From an uncultured Methanosarcinales archaeon (GTDB taxonomy: Archaea; Nanobdellota; Nanobdellia; Woesearchaeales; ARS49), in the NCBI GenBank assembly GCA_964358315.1, contig CAYHOF010000004.1, positions 2,431 to 66,430 of the forward strand: a stretch of 64,000 nt of DNA, read 5' to 3'. The notes under the pieces were generated by a model, which was given only the letters and a program-made list of their open reading frames with translations, did no database searches and was not told the DNA's origin. The position numbers and the translations under genes are program-made. This document shows, in pieces, positions 53,548 to 62,969 of the stretch; positions within the stretch are counted from its first letter, which is position 1; every line of letters starts with the position of its first letter.

Positions 53548-54233
53548 AACGTCTCGTGTTCGACAGCGGCCCGATCATCAGCCTCACGACCAACAATCTG
53601 CTGTGGCTCATCGAGCCGCTCAAGCGGCGCTTCAACGGCGCGTTCTCGATCACAGAGGCCGTGCATTACGAGCTCGTCAAGCGGCCGCTGCAGACCAAGA
53701 AGTTCAAGTTCGAGGCGTTGCAGGTCGAGGCGCTCGTCGAGAGCGGCGTGCTCGAGGTCCTTCCTTCCGAGCCGCTGCGTGCGCGTGCGGACAAGATCAT
53801 GGCGCTCGCCAACAGCGCGTTCGAGACGCGCAACGAACCGATACGCATCCTGCAGCTCGGCGAGGTCGAGACGCTCGCGGCCGCATCGCTTGCCAACGCG
53901 GAGGGCATCGTCATCGACGAGCGCATCACGCGCAACCTCGTCGAGAAACCATATGCGCTCGCCGACCTGCTCAGCAACCGCCTGCACACGTCGGTCCACA
54001 CGCATACCGACGTCTTGGACCAACTCAAAGGAATCATCGGGGAGCCCACCATCCTCCGCAGCATCGAGCTCGTCACGCTCGCATATGAGTTCGGCCTGCT
54101 CGACAAATATAAAGTAAGAGTTCCCAACGTGAACAAAGAACTGCTCGAGTCGCTCCTGTGGGGCGTCAAACTGCACGGGTGCAGCGTGAGCGAGCGCGAG
54201 ATCGAGCAGTTGATGAAGACCGTGCTCAAGTAG
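53544..54233 (+). CDS. PIN-like (DUF3368-type) putative nuclease, partner of the upstream UPF0175-like gene
   Basis: N-terminal 'LVFDSGPIISL' is an acidic PIN-like start. Translationally coupled to the upstream gene. Confidence 0.45.
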   Translation: MKRLVFDSGPIISLTTNNLLWLIEPLKRRFNGAFSITEAVHYELVKRPLQTKKFKFEALQVEALVESGVLEVLPSEPLRARADKIMALANSAFETRNEPIRILQLGEVETLAAASLANAEGIVIDERITRNLVEKPYALADLLSNRLHTSVHTHTDVLDQLKGIIGEPTILRSIELVTLAYEFGLLDKYKVRVPNVNKELLESLLWGVKLHGCSVSEREIEQLMKTVLK

Positions 54234-54302
54234 GACTATTTCTCGTACGCCACGAACTTGCCGTCTTTGACTCGCTTGCGTGTCATTTCTGCGCGTTGAG
54301 CG

Positions 54303-54554
54303 TCACCGTTCGTAAATCGTGCTTCTATGTCCGATTTTTATGACAAGAACGACCAATTCATTCTGTATAATGTCAAGAATGACGCGATAATCACCGACAC
54401 GGAACTTGTATCCGGGCTGGCCCACGAGTTTGGTGATGTATGTTTGCGGTGTGAAGCGCAGCCGCTCAAGCGCTTTCGTTATACGCTCTTTCACTGGTTT
54501 GTCGAGCTTGCTAAACTGAGCATCTGCGGTTTCGCTAAAGATGATACGGTACAT
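54303..54554 (-). CDS. relE: RelE/ParE-family toxin
   Basis: 'LVGQPGYKFRVGDYRVILDIIQNELVVLVIKIGHRSTIY' is the RelE/ParE core. Confidence 0.75.
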   Translation of the reverse strand: MYRIIFSETADAQFSKLDKPVKERITKALERLRFTPQTYITKLVGQPGYKFRVGDYRVILDIIQNELVVLVIKIGHRSTIYER

Positions 54555-54555
54555 C

Positions 54556-54777
54556 TCAGCTCAAGCCGTGACGCTTCTTGACTTCGTCAAGAGTATAGAA
54601 TTTGCCTTTGCGGTATTCTTCACGCGCTTGTGCTATTTCGCGCTTCGTCTCTTCGTTGAGTTCCGTGGTATCCTCAACGAGATTCCGTATGACTTCCTCG
54701 TATGTTTCACGATCGAAGAGCTTGCGCTTCGTGAGCTCTTTTTGGAGATCTTCACTGATCTGGATCGTTGTTGCCAT
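54556..54777 (-). CDS. Antitoxin of the RelBE-type module
   Basis: 73 aa immediately upstream of relE. C-terminal 'REEYRKGKFYTLDEVKKRHGL' is typical of archaeal RelB-like antitoxins. Confidence 0.6.
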   Translation of the reverse strand: MATTIQISEDLQKELTKRKLFDRETYEEVIRNLVEDTTELNEETKREIAQAREEYRKGKFYTLDEVKKRHGLS

Positions 54778-54899
54778 AGCTGACTATAATCTCCCATAGC
54801 ATAAGAACCTTTCGTTATTCTTATACTCACTATCTAGTGGTAAAATTTATATATAGATTATACATAAACCACTCATAAATCGGGGTTATTGAGGGTATC

Positions 54900-55037
54900 A
54901 TGAAGCAATACGTCATCACGAAACGCATAGCCAAGCATGGCAGCCAAGCTATCATCGTCATACCCCGTCTTCTCGAACAATACCTCAGACCCAAGACCAT
55001 CGTCAAATTGACCATCGACGTGCTGGAGGAACCCTGA
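54900..55037 (+). CDS. AbrB/SpoVT-like small putative DNA-binding protein (45 aa)
   Basis: MKQYVITKRIAKHGSQAIIVIPRLLEQYLRPKTIVKLTIDVLEEP. Swapped-hairpin-like 'G..IVIPRLL' motif. Not in the ORF track because it is under 60 aa. AT-rich TATA region upstream (54841–54860). Confidence 0.4.
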   Translation: MKQYVITKRIAKHGSQAIIVIPRLLEQYLRPKTIVKLTIDVLEEP

Positions 55038-55535
55038 ATGGCAGATGCGCCGTTGGAGGATCTGGTCAGGCAGGATTGGCGGTCGAAGGCAGTGAACATG
55101 TTCGCTGTTCTCTCCTACTCGGTTGGCGTGGGCCTCGCACTTGATATGTTCGGTGCAGGGCTCACGATCGGTCAATCCTTGCGTTCACGCGCATCCATGC
55201 TCACCGTGAACGTGATTGCGGGCAACAAATTCGTACAGTACCAGGACTGGATGCGCAGGAAGTGCAACGTCGGCGCGATAAAGAACGACGTGGGGCGACG
55301 CATCGCGACAATGGCCACTGACACTCTCGCGTCCGGATCGTTCTACGTGCCGATCTACGCCGCAACGCTCTACTGCGTCGCTGGCGCGAATGCCGAACAG
55401 ATCAAGGATGGCTGCTACGGCGCCCTGATCATGGCACCGCTTGTCGGACCCACATTCGGTATGTACAGCGATCTCGTGCGGAACGTGTGCGGCACCACAC
55501 CACGCGCGAAAGCCACCGAGGAGGAAGCGCCATGA
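55038..55535 (+). CDS. Hypothetical membrane protein (165 aa)
   Basis: Hydrophobic segments. Stop overlaps the next ATG (ATGA). Confidence 0.45.
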   Translation: MADAPLEDLVRQDWRSKAVNMFAVLSYSVGVGLALDMFGAGLTIGQSLRSRASMLTVNVIAGNKFVQYQDWMRRKCNVGAIKNDVGRRIATMATDTLASGSFYVPIYAATLYCVAGANAEQIKDGCYGALIMAPLVGPTFGMYSDLVRNVCGTTPRAKATEEEAP

Positions 55536-57604
55536 GCACGCTTCCTCTTGATCTCAAGCAACTGCTGGGTGTCGCAGAGTACAACCGTCTTGTCAAGACA
55601 GTCGTCTATCCTGGGATCGAGCGTCTCGCGGCAGATGGGACGCTTTCCCCACATGATCTTGCCCGCCTCGCGAAGCACATCCAGCGTGACGGCGCCGCCA
55701 TCCTTGATGTCCGGGCAGAAGACACGGGTGAGACGTCGAAGCAGACGCTCGCTGCCGGCGCGATGGTGCGGGCCAAGATCCCGCTCGCGCAGGACGTGAG
55801 CATCGACCTTTTCGCCAAGCGCCACAGCGATGCGGCGAGCTACCGCCGTGGCGTGGGCATCGAGGACGTGCTTGTCAGACATTTCAAAGGGACGCCGCAT
55901 GAACACGTCGTGCCCAAACAAGTCTACACGAACCCCGGCACGCTCGTCTCCATCATGCCGATGTTGCAAGGGAACGTGCTTACTGATGCAGTGCACGAGC
56001 TTGACGACGAGGCCAAAGAGGCGCTCCTGACACGCGTCATCGACACCTATCTGTCGGTCACGCACGCGGTCGAAGAAGCGGACTTGTTCAAGCCCAAACG
56101 CACCATGATCGGTCGAGCGCTTTCTGACGATGTCGAGCTTGGTACGCTCACGCCGTTTAGTGAATTGTTCAGGACGCTGTTGCGGCCCAGCGACAAACTC
56201 GCTCGCGTGTATGACAAACACATTGCGCAGGGGATGCGTTGGGGTATTCCTGGCGATTTCATCCACGGCGACTTGCACACGAACAACGTCATTGTCGGCG
56301 ACACTGTTCACATCATAGATTGGGAGTACGCCAAACGTGGATTCATGGAGTTCGATCTCTATAAGCTCTTCACCAAGAGTGGCGTTGAAGGCGACCTTGA
56401 GAAACGTCTTGTCGAATACGCTGCGCAGCGAAAGGATGCAGTGAGCAAGTTCCCGCACTTCAACAGGCAATGCGCGTATAACGGCAACGCCATAACGCAG
56501 GACCTCTTCACTGCCGTGCGTTATCTCAAACGTTCCGACGAAGCGCCGACGCACAAGAAGGAACGCCTCGAGAAGATGGCGGTCGTCTCGTACAATAACG
56601 CGTTGCGGAGGCTTGATGCATTGCGTGGTTACATCGAGGTCAGGGAAGCACTCGAGGAGCATGTCGCCCAATCGATGCCACGGCTGCGTCGGCTCTCGGA
56701 CGAGGAATTCGCGCGCATGAACGCGCGCTACAACCCGCACAGCCACGTCTCGCAAGAGAACCTCCTCACCTCTGACGCCGATTTGCCAAAGGATGCGGCT
56801 ATCGACGAAGAGCTCAAAAGACATTATCTCAGGACGATCAAGAAGAACCTGCGCAAGAGGGATTGGTGGACGTTCGCCAAGCGCGTGCTTGCCGCTGGCG
56901 TGCTGGTTGGTGCAGCGCTTGGCGCCAACACGTACATGAAAAATGCCGAGGAACGCCGTGTGCAGGACGCCGAAAGGATGGAGCTTCTTGATCGCGTGTA
57001 TGTGAGCAGTTTCACCTCCTCGTACCAGACGCTCGTGGAGGCGCAGCTGAATGGCGGCCTCCGTCAAGGGTATTATAGTATTGAAAGGACGCCGTTGAGA
57101 CCCGTCGATTATTTCGGCAAGGACAATCTCGTGAAGACGACGTGCGCTCGACACAACGTGCCTGTGCGTCTTGTCGAGAACATGTACAGCGTCAACGCCG
57201 TCGCTGGCGGGTCCCACGAGTCCGGCGCCGAGCTCAAAGGGTTGCGGTTGCTCGATCCGTACCGGCAATGGAATTCGGACCGTATTGATCCTGTGAGGAA
57301 TCTCGAGACAGGAGTCACGCGGCTCTCGAGCTTGTTCGACAAGTATGGCGTGGACCGGAAGAAGCTCGAACAAACGTTGAACGTGGATGGGTATCCTGCC
57401 GTCCGTGACCATCAGCGCAGTCTCGTGTCCGCGCTGACCGAGTTTTATGCTGCCGAGAAGGGCAACACGACGCCGTACCCGGATGACATCACCATCCCGC
57501 CGACGGTGCGCAAGATAGTGTACAACGTCCTGCGTGGCGGACCCGGTGGGGACGAGACAGGCATGTGGCTTGACGAGCCGCCCAAAAGATTCACGCTAAA
57601 GTGA
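55532..57604 (+). CDS. Protein-kinase-like (APH/choline-kinase fold) protein with a TM helix and an unknown C-terminal domain
   Basis: 'IHGDLHTNNVIVGDTVHIIDWEYA' is the Brenner/APH motif. TM helix 'VLAAGVLVGAALGANTY'. Start taken at MSTLPLDL. Confidence 0.6.
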   Translation: MSTLPLDLKQLLGVAEYNRLVKTVVYPGIERLAADGTLSPHDLARLAKHIQRDGAAILDVRAEDTGETSKQTLAAGAMVRAKIPLAQDVSIDLFAKRHSDAASYRRGVGIEDVLVRHFKGTPHEHVVPKQVYTNPGTLVSIMPMLQGNVLTDAVHELDDEAKEALLTRVIDTYLSVTHAVEEADLFKPKRTMIGRALSDDVELGTLTPFSELFRTLLRPSDKLARVYDKHIAQGMRWGIPGDFIHGDLHTNNVIVGDTVHIIDWEYAKRGFMEFDLYKLFTKSGVEGDLEKRLVEYAAQRKDAVSKFPHFNRQCAYNGNAITQDLFTAVRYLKRSDEAPTHKKERLEKMAVVSYNNALRRLDALRGYIEVREALEEHVAQSMPRLRRLSDEEFARMNARYNPHSHVSQENLLTSDADLPKDAAIDEELKRHYLRTIKKNLRKRDWWTFAKRVLAAGVLVGAALGANTYMKNAEERRVQDAERMELLDRVYVSSFTSSYQTLVEAQLNGGLRQGYYSIERTPLRPVDYFGKDNLVKTTCARHNVPVRLVENMYSVNAVAGGSHESGAELKGLRLLDPYRQWNSDRIDPVRNLETGVTRLSSLFDKYGVDRKKLEQTLNVDGYPAVRDHQRSLVSALTEFYAAEKGNTTPYPDDITIPPTVRKIVYNVLRGGPGGDETGMWLDEPPKRFTLK

Positions 57605-58493
57605 GCGCTTGGCCCATCATGCGTATGATGTCATGCTCCATGCTCTTGAGCATGTGGAGCACTTGCGCGTCTTTTGCTGATTTCGTGCTCGAGAGTCTCT
57701 TGTCGATGGCGAGCATGATCGCGTCGTGCTCTTGTGCGAGCGCGGCTGCCTTGTCGTGCGAGAACGCGTAAAAGAGCGCTTCGAACGCGCGGAACTGGCG
57801 GTGGACGCGCGCGAGCGTCTCAAGAGCGTCGTCATCGACGGTCATCTTGTTCTTGGTGACGAACGACGTCAACGCTTTGTAGTCATCCGCCAACTGCTCG
57901 AGCAGCAGCACTATAGTATAGATGACGGGCGTCTGCGAGAACACCTTGTAGCCATGCTTGTTGAGCAACCGGAAGCAGTGGTCGGTGAAGCGGTTGATGT
58001 TCGTCTCCATGTCCGCAAGGTAGGCAAGGTCGGTCTCTTTGCGGCGTAGTGCATTGGTGCTTTCTTCAGCGACCGTGTTGATCATGAAGAACACGCGTCG
58101 TAGCAGAGGGTCGAACGCCATGTCGGTCGTGCCTGCGATGTCCTTGATGAGCAGCATGTCGCGGCCTTGCTGGACCACTTCCATGCCGATCATCTCGCGC
58201 ACGCGGCCCTGGATGACGCGCGCTTTCTCGACCGAATCGACGCGCACTTCGATCTCGTCAGCGCCTTTGAGGTATGTCGCGGCGACGATGCGTTTGAGCA
58301 GCGTGTCGAGCTCGGTGAGGTCGAGCGTTTCGCGCCGCAGCTCTTCGTGCTTGCCGCTCGAGATCAACAGGTCGTTCTGCTCCTCGTGTATGTCGACCTC
58401 GTCCCCTTGGCCGAGACCGAGCTTCTTGGTCCACTTGGCAGGGAGGGAGACGGTGAGCGTGGCCTTGCCTTGCTTGATGATGCGACGGCGCAT
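57591..58493 (-). CDS. PhoU-domain protein with an N-terminal AbrB/SpoVT-like domain
   Basis: N-terminal 'IIKQGKATLTVSLPAKWTKKLGLGQGDEVDI', then two PhoU-like helical repeats. Confidence 0.6.
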   Translation of the reverse strand: MRRRIIKQGKATLTVSLPAKWTKKLGLGQGDEVDIHEEQNDLLISSGKHEELRRETLDLTELDTLLKRIVAATYLKGADEIEVRVDSVEKARVIQGRVREMIGMEVVQQGRDMLLIKDIAGTTDMAFDPLLRRVFFMINTVAEESTNALRRKETDLAYLADMETNINRFTDHCFRLLNKHGYKVFSQTPVIYTIVLLLEQLADDYKALTSFVTKNKMTVDDDALETLARVHRQFRAFEALFYAFSHDKAAALAQEHDAIMLAIDKRLSSTKSAKDAQVLHMLKSMEHDIIRMMGQALTLA

Positions 58494-58650
58494 CCCACCA
58501 CAGACGGGCCAGATGTATATTAATCTTGTGAATAAATAGAGAAATATTCATCTATATATTCTCTATGCAAAAAGAATATACTCTCTGGCGGGTTTGTCAC
58601 TAGTAGAAGAGTAAAATTAGGCATCAGTGGTGTTTTGGTGGGGGATTGAC

Positions 58651-59709
58651 ATGAAGCAGACAATCATTGTAGCATTGATGGCGCTCTTGCTGCTCGCAGC
58701 ATGTGCGCAAGAGCAGACTGCATTGAACGAACCGATCACGGTCGGCGTCATGCTGCCGCTCACCGGGCCGCACGCGGTCCCGGGCGAGGAGGCCCGCCAG
58801 GGTGTCGAGCTCGCGCTCGAAGAAGTCGGTGATCGCATCAAGGTCACGTACGAGGACCATGCCGGCGACACGAAAAAGGCAGTGGCTGGCTTTTCAAAGC
58901 TCGTTGATGTGGATGGTGTCAATTTCGTCCTTACCAGCCAGAGCTGGATCAGCAACGGTGTCTATCCTCTTGCCGCTGACAAAGGAGTGTGGCAAGGTGC
59001 GGTGTTCAGCACGGCGTTCAAGCGCACGCGTGATGCTGACAACGCAGTCCTGTTCACGAGCAAGGTGGACGAAGACGCGCCGTTCCTCGCGAGCTACGCG
59101 CAACGCTTCGATCGCGTCGGTCTCATGTATCTCAACAATGATTTCGGCAAGGTCTGGTACGACAATCTTCGCGCCCTGCTCGGCGAGAAACTCGTCGCCG
59201 CCGAAGCGTACGACGCGGCCGACCCTGACACCGGCACGCAGCTCTCGAAGATCAAGGCAACAAACCCCGACCTGCTCATCATCCTGGGCTCTGGCAACGA
59301 AGGCGGCCTTGTCGCGCGCAAAGCACGCGAACTCGGCATCAATGCACAGTTCGCAGGCATGTTCGGGCTGCAGCAAAAAGGGTTCATCGTCGACCCTGCC
59401 GCGGTCGAAGGGACAGTGTACACGTACCCGTTCATCGACGACAAGCATCCGCTGGTCGCTACGTACACGCAGCGCAACGGCGTCCCCCCGACGACGTACA
59501 CCGCCGAACTCTACGATGCCATCATCACGTTGGCACAAGCGACCAACGACTGCGGCGAAGACCCCGCATGCGTGAAGAACTGGTACAGGAACAAGCAACT
59601 CCCTGGCGCGCTTGGCGCGTCACGCTTCGACGAGAAAGGAGAAGTGCACAGGGTGTTCGAGTACAGACAAGTCAAGGACGGCAAGTTCGTCACGTATGAA
59701 GGAGACTGA
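58651..59709 (+). CDS. ABC transporter substrate-binding lipoprotein, LivK/branched-chain amino-acid family
   Basis: 'LLLAACAQEQ' lipobox, then 'ITVGVMLPLTGPHAVPGEEARQGVELALEE', a type I periplasmic-binding fold. Confidence 0.75.
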   Translation: MKQTIIVALMALLLLAACAQEQTALNEPITVGVMLPLTGPHAVPGEEARQGVELALEEVGDRIKVTYEDHAGDTKKAVAGFSKLVDVDGVNFVLTSQSWISNGVYPLAADKGVWQGAVFSTAFKRTRDADNAVLFTSKVDEDAPFLASYAQRFDRVGLMYLNNDFGKVWYDNLRALLGEKLVAAEAYDAADPDTGTQLSKIKATNPDLLIILGSGNEGGLVARKARELGINAQFAGMFGLQQKGFIVDPAAVEGTVYTYPFIDDKHPLVATYTQRNGVPPTTYTAELYDAIITLAQATNDCGEDPACVKNWYRNKQLPGALGASRFDEKGEVHRVFEYRQVKDGKFVTYEGD

Positions 59710-59711
59710 CA

Positions 59712-60836
59712 ATGAAAAAAACTGCACACTATCCAACAATGAGTATCGGTGCGCTCGCAGTGCTCGCGCTCCTCGTGGTCGCGGGTTGCGCGACTGAACA
59801 GCCTGCTGCGCAGAAAGCGCTGGCACCCTATAAATTCGGCGCGGTGCTGTCGTTGACAGGGACCAATGCGTTCTATGGCGAGTTCGGCAAGTATGGCATC
59901 GATCTCGCGATCGAGGACCTCAACAATGCTGGCGGCATCAATGGCCGTTCAGTGCAGGTCATCTACGAGGACAGCGCAGGTGACAAGGGCAAAGCAGCGA
60001 CGGCCACGCAGAAACTCATCGGCGTGGATGCTGTCGACGCGCTCTTCACGATCACGACGCCCATGGGTGGCGCCATCGCTCCTATCGCAGAGGAGAACAA
60101 GATCCCGTTCATCTATGCCAGCGCGACGAACTCGTTCGCCGAGGGAAAGACGTACGTCTTCAAGGACTATCCTGATGCGTCTGACCAGTGCGAGCGTCTG
60201 ATGCGGCAAGCGATGAAGGACCACACCAAGATCGCGCTCTTCGGCACGAACGCCGAATTCACGCAACTGTGCAAGAAAGGTGTGGAGCGCGTGGGTACGC
60301 TTGCGGTGTTCGAGACCTACGATCCTGGCGAGAGTGACTTCAAGACGCAGTTCGCCAAGATCAAGAGCTCGGGAAGCACTGCGCTGATACTCTCGCAGTT
60401 TTCTAACGATTGCGTCAACTCGTTCAAGCAATTGCGTGAGCTTTCCCTGACCACGCAACTGTATGCTCCGTTCCAGGCGTTCGGCTGTGGCAGTCCCCAG
60501 AATTCAAAGGACTATCCTGCGCTGCTCGAGAACGCATACGGTGCCGATCTCGCAACCGATGATTCAGACCCGGAATTCCGTGCTCTCACGCAGCGTCTTG
60601 AAGCGCGCGGCTGGACCACGCAATTCGTTGGCAGCGCGGTCATGTATGATAGTGTCATGGAGATGGCGCAAGCATTCAAGGGTTGTGCTGACACGCTGTG
60701 CGTCACGAACAACCTGCGGAACCTCAATGGCTACAAAGGACCGTCAGGCAAGGTCAGTTACAACGGCAAGCAGATCGTGACGCGCGACACTATGTTGACG
60801 CACTTTGACGCTGGCGCGTGGACGAGGGTGCAATGA
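59712..60836 (+). CDS. ABC transporter substrate-binding lipoprotein, LivK family (paralog 2)
   Basis: 'VVAGCATEQ' lipobox and 'YKFGAVLSLTGTNAFYGEFGKYGIDLAIEDLNNAGGINGRSVQVIYEDSAGD'. Confidence 0.75.
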   Translation: MKKTAHYPTMSIGALAVLALLVVAGCATEQPAAQKALAPYKFGAVLSLTGTNAFYGEFGKYGIDLAIEDLNNAGGINGRSVQVIYEDSAGDKGKAATATQKLIGVDAVDALFTITTPMGGAIAPIAEENKIPFIYASATNSFAEGKTYVFKDYPDASDQCERLMRQAMKDHTKIALFGTNAEFTQLCKKGVERVGTLAVFETYDPGESDFKTQFAKIKSSGSTALILSQFSNDCVNSFKQLRELSLTTQLYAPFQAFGCGSPQNSKDYPALLENAYGADLATDDSDPEFRALTQRLEARGWTTQFVGSAVMYDSVMEMAQAFKGCADTLCVTNNLRNLNGYKGPSGKVSYNGKQIVTRDTMLTHFDAGAWTRVQ

Positions 60837-60893
60837 ATCGCCGTCAAGTATTTATTCACGGCATGATTTCCACATGGTAACCAAGGAGGATTC

Positions 60894-62027
60894 ATGAAAC
60901 GAACACTCGCTCTCTGCGCATTGTTGCTCATCGTTGCGGCGTGCGCACCCGCTGAACAGCAAGCGGCGCCAGAAGTCGCACCGTTCAAGATCGGCTTTGT
61001 GGGCCCGCTCTCAGGTCCTAATGCGTGGATTGGCAATTTGATGATCCCGGCGGCGCAGATCGCGATCGACGAGATCAACGCGGCCGGCGGTATCGACGGG
61101 CGACGGATCGTCGCCATCATCGAAGATGCGGGTGATTCTGCAAAAGCAAGCACGGCAGTGAACAAACTGATCGGTCAAGACGGCGTGGACATGGTCTATG
61201 CAGTCACGACCCCTGTTGTTGCCGCGGCGAGCGCAGTCGCTGAGCAGAACCAGGTGCCTTTGTTCGGTTTCACCGCGGTGTCGACGTTCGCCAAGAAGAA
61301 CACGTGGGTGTTCAGCGACCTGCGCGAGATGACCAAGGAATGCTCGTTGCTCGCGGCACAGGCGCTCGAGGACGGCGACAAGAAGGTCGCGTTCCTCGGC
61401 AACGACGCTGATTTCAGCGTCGAATGCCTCGACGTGCTCAAGAAGGAATACGTTGCGGGCGGCGGCACCATCGTCGCGACCGAGAACAAGAACGCCAACG
61501 ATCCTGACGCACGCACGCCCATCACCAAGATCAAGGCGGCCAAGCCTGACGCGATGTTCCTCGTGTGCTGGCCGCCGGACTGCAACCTCATCTACAAACA
61601 GATGCTCGAACTCGATTACGCGCCCCAACTGTACCTGCCCATCGGCCTCGCGTTGCCAGCAAACCCGGGCGCGCTCAAAGGCATCGATAAGGATCGCATA
61701 CTTGAGGAAGCGTACGCGGGCGACCAGATGGCGAACCCTGAGGACCCGACGCCCGAGCTCGCCGCGTTCATGCAGAAGCTGCGTGCACGCCTAGGGCGGG
61801 AGCCGGAACACATCACCGACCCAGCGACCGTGTATGATGACATATACGAGATCGCGATCGCCGCTGCCAAGTGCGAACCGCTGACAAAGGAATGCTTGCG
61901 TGATCGGCTTGCGGAGACCGACTATGTCGGCGCTGCAGGTCCGGTCGCGTTCGAAGGCAGGCATTACACAAGTCGACCTTCGCGCGTGGTGCATTATGAG
62001 AATGGCACGTGGGTCGGTGTGAACTGA
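60894..62027 (+). CDS. ABC transporter substrate-binding lipoprotein, LivK family (paralog 3)
   Basis: 'IVAACAPAEQ' lipobox and 'FKIGFVGPLSGPNAWIGNLMIPAAQIAIDEINAAGGIDGRRIVAIIEDAGDS'. AAGGAGGA Shine–Dalgarno 5 nt upstream. Confidence 0.75.
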   Translation: MKRTLALCALLLIVAACAPAEQQAAPEVAPFKIGFVGPLSGPNAWIGNLMIPAAQIAIDEINAAGGIDGRRIVAIIEDAGDSAKASTAVNKLIGQDGVDMVYAVTTPVVAAASAVAEQNQVPLFGFTAVSTFAKKNTWVFSDLREMTKECSLLAAQALEDGDKKVAFLGNDADFSVECLDVLKKEYVAGGGTIVATENKNANDPDARTPITKIKAAKPDAMFLVCWPPDCNLIYKQMLELDYAPQLYLPIGLALPANPGALKGIDKDRILEEAYAGDQMANPEDPTPELAAFMQKLRARLGREPEHITDPATVYDDIYEIAIAAAKCEPLTKECLRDRLAETDYVGAAGPVAFEGRHYTSRPSRVVHYENGTWVGVN

Positions 62028-62090
62028 GTTTTTGTTCTGTTCTTGATATGATAATATTTAAATGACGACGATACTTGTGAGTGAACGACA

Positions 62091-62969
62091 ATGTCATCCC
62101 TTGCGGCCCAGCTGATAACCAACGGCATCATCGCTGGGGCGATCTATGCGCTCGTCGCGTCCGGGTTCTCGCTTATCTATAACGTGACGAAGTTCATGAA
62201 TTTCGCGCATGGCGCCACGCTCGCGCTGGGCGCCTACTTCATGTTCGCGTTCGTGAGCGGCCACGTCCCGTTCTGGGCTGCCATCATCCTGACGCTTATC
62301 GCCACCGTGATCGCAGGCGAAGTCGTCAATCGCGTCGTGTACAAGCCACTACGCAAGCGCAAGGCGAGCACGGCCGTGCTTCTCATCGGCAGCCTCTCTG
62401 CCATGATATTCGTGAACGCCATCATCCTTGCCATCTGGGGCGCTGACATCAAGACGATACAACTGCCTTGGCAGAACCCGGTGCTCAATATCGGCGGCGT
62501 GCTGATCACGGGCGTGCAGGTCACGATCATCATGGTCGCTGCAGTGCTCTTGCTTGGCCTCTGGCTCTTGATGAAGCGTTCGAGACTAGGCATTGCGATG
62601 CGTGCGGTCATGAACAACAAGGAAGTGGCGCAGACCGTCGGCATCGACCCGGAGCGCATGTACAGCATCACGTTCGCGCTCAGCAGCGCGCTCGCGGCTG
62701 TCGCAGGCATCCTGATCGGCATCGAGCAGAACCTGCACCCGACCATGGGGACGGCGCTCGTCATAAAGGGATTCACAGGCGCTGTCGTTGGCGGCATGGT
62801 GAGCGTGCCTGGCGCCATCATGGGCTCGCTCATCCTCGGCCTTGCCGAGAACATCGGCATATGGTGGTTGCCCTCAGGCTACAAGGACGCGATCGCGTTC
62901 GCGTTGCTCTTCATCTTCTTGCTTGTCAGACCGCAAGGCCTCTTTGGCAAGAAAACGAGGGAAGCCTGA
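62091..62969 (+). CDS. livH: Branched-chain amino-acid ABC transporter permease LivH
   Basis: Polytopic, with LivH-like 'GIIAGAIYALVASGFSLIYNVTKFMNFAHGA'. Confidence 0.8.
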   Translation: MSSLAAQLITNGIIAGAIYALVASGFSLIYNVTKFMNFAHGATLALGAYFMFAFVSGHVPFWAAIILTLIATVIAGEVVNRVVYKPLRKRKASTAVLLIGSLSAMIFVNAIILAIWGADIKTIQLPWQNPVLNIGGVLITGVQVTIIMVAAVLLLGLWLLMKRSRLGIAMRAVMNNKEVAQTVGIDPERMYSITFALSSALAAVAGILIGIEQNLHPTMGTALVIKGFTGAVVGGMVSVPGAIMGSLILGLAENIGIWWLPSGYKDAIAFALLFIFLLVRPQGLFGKKTREA

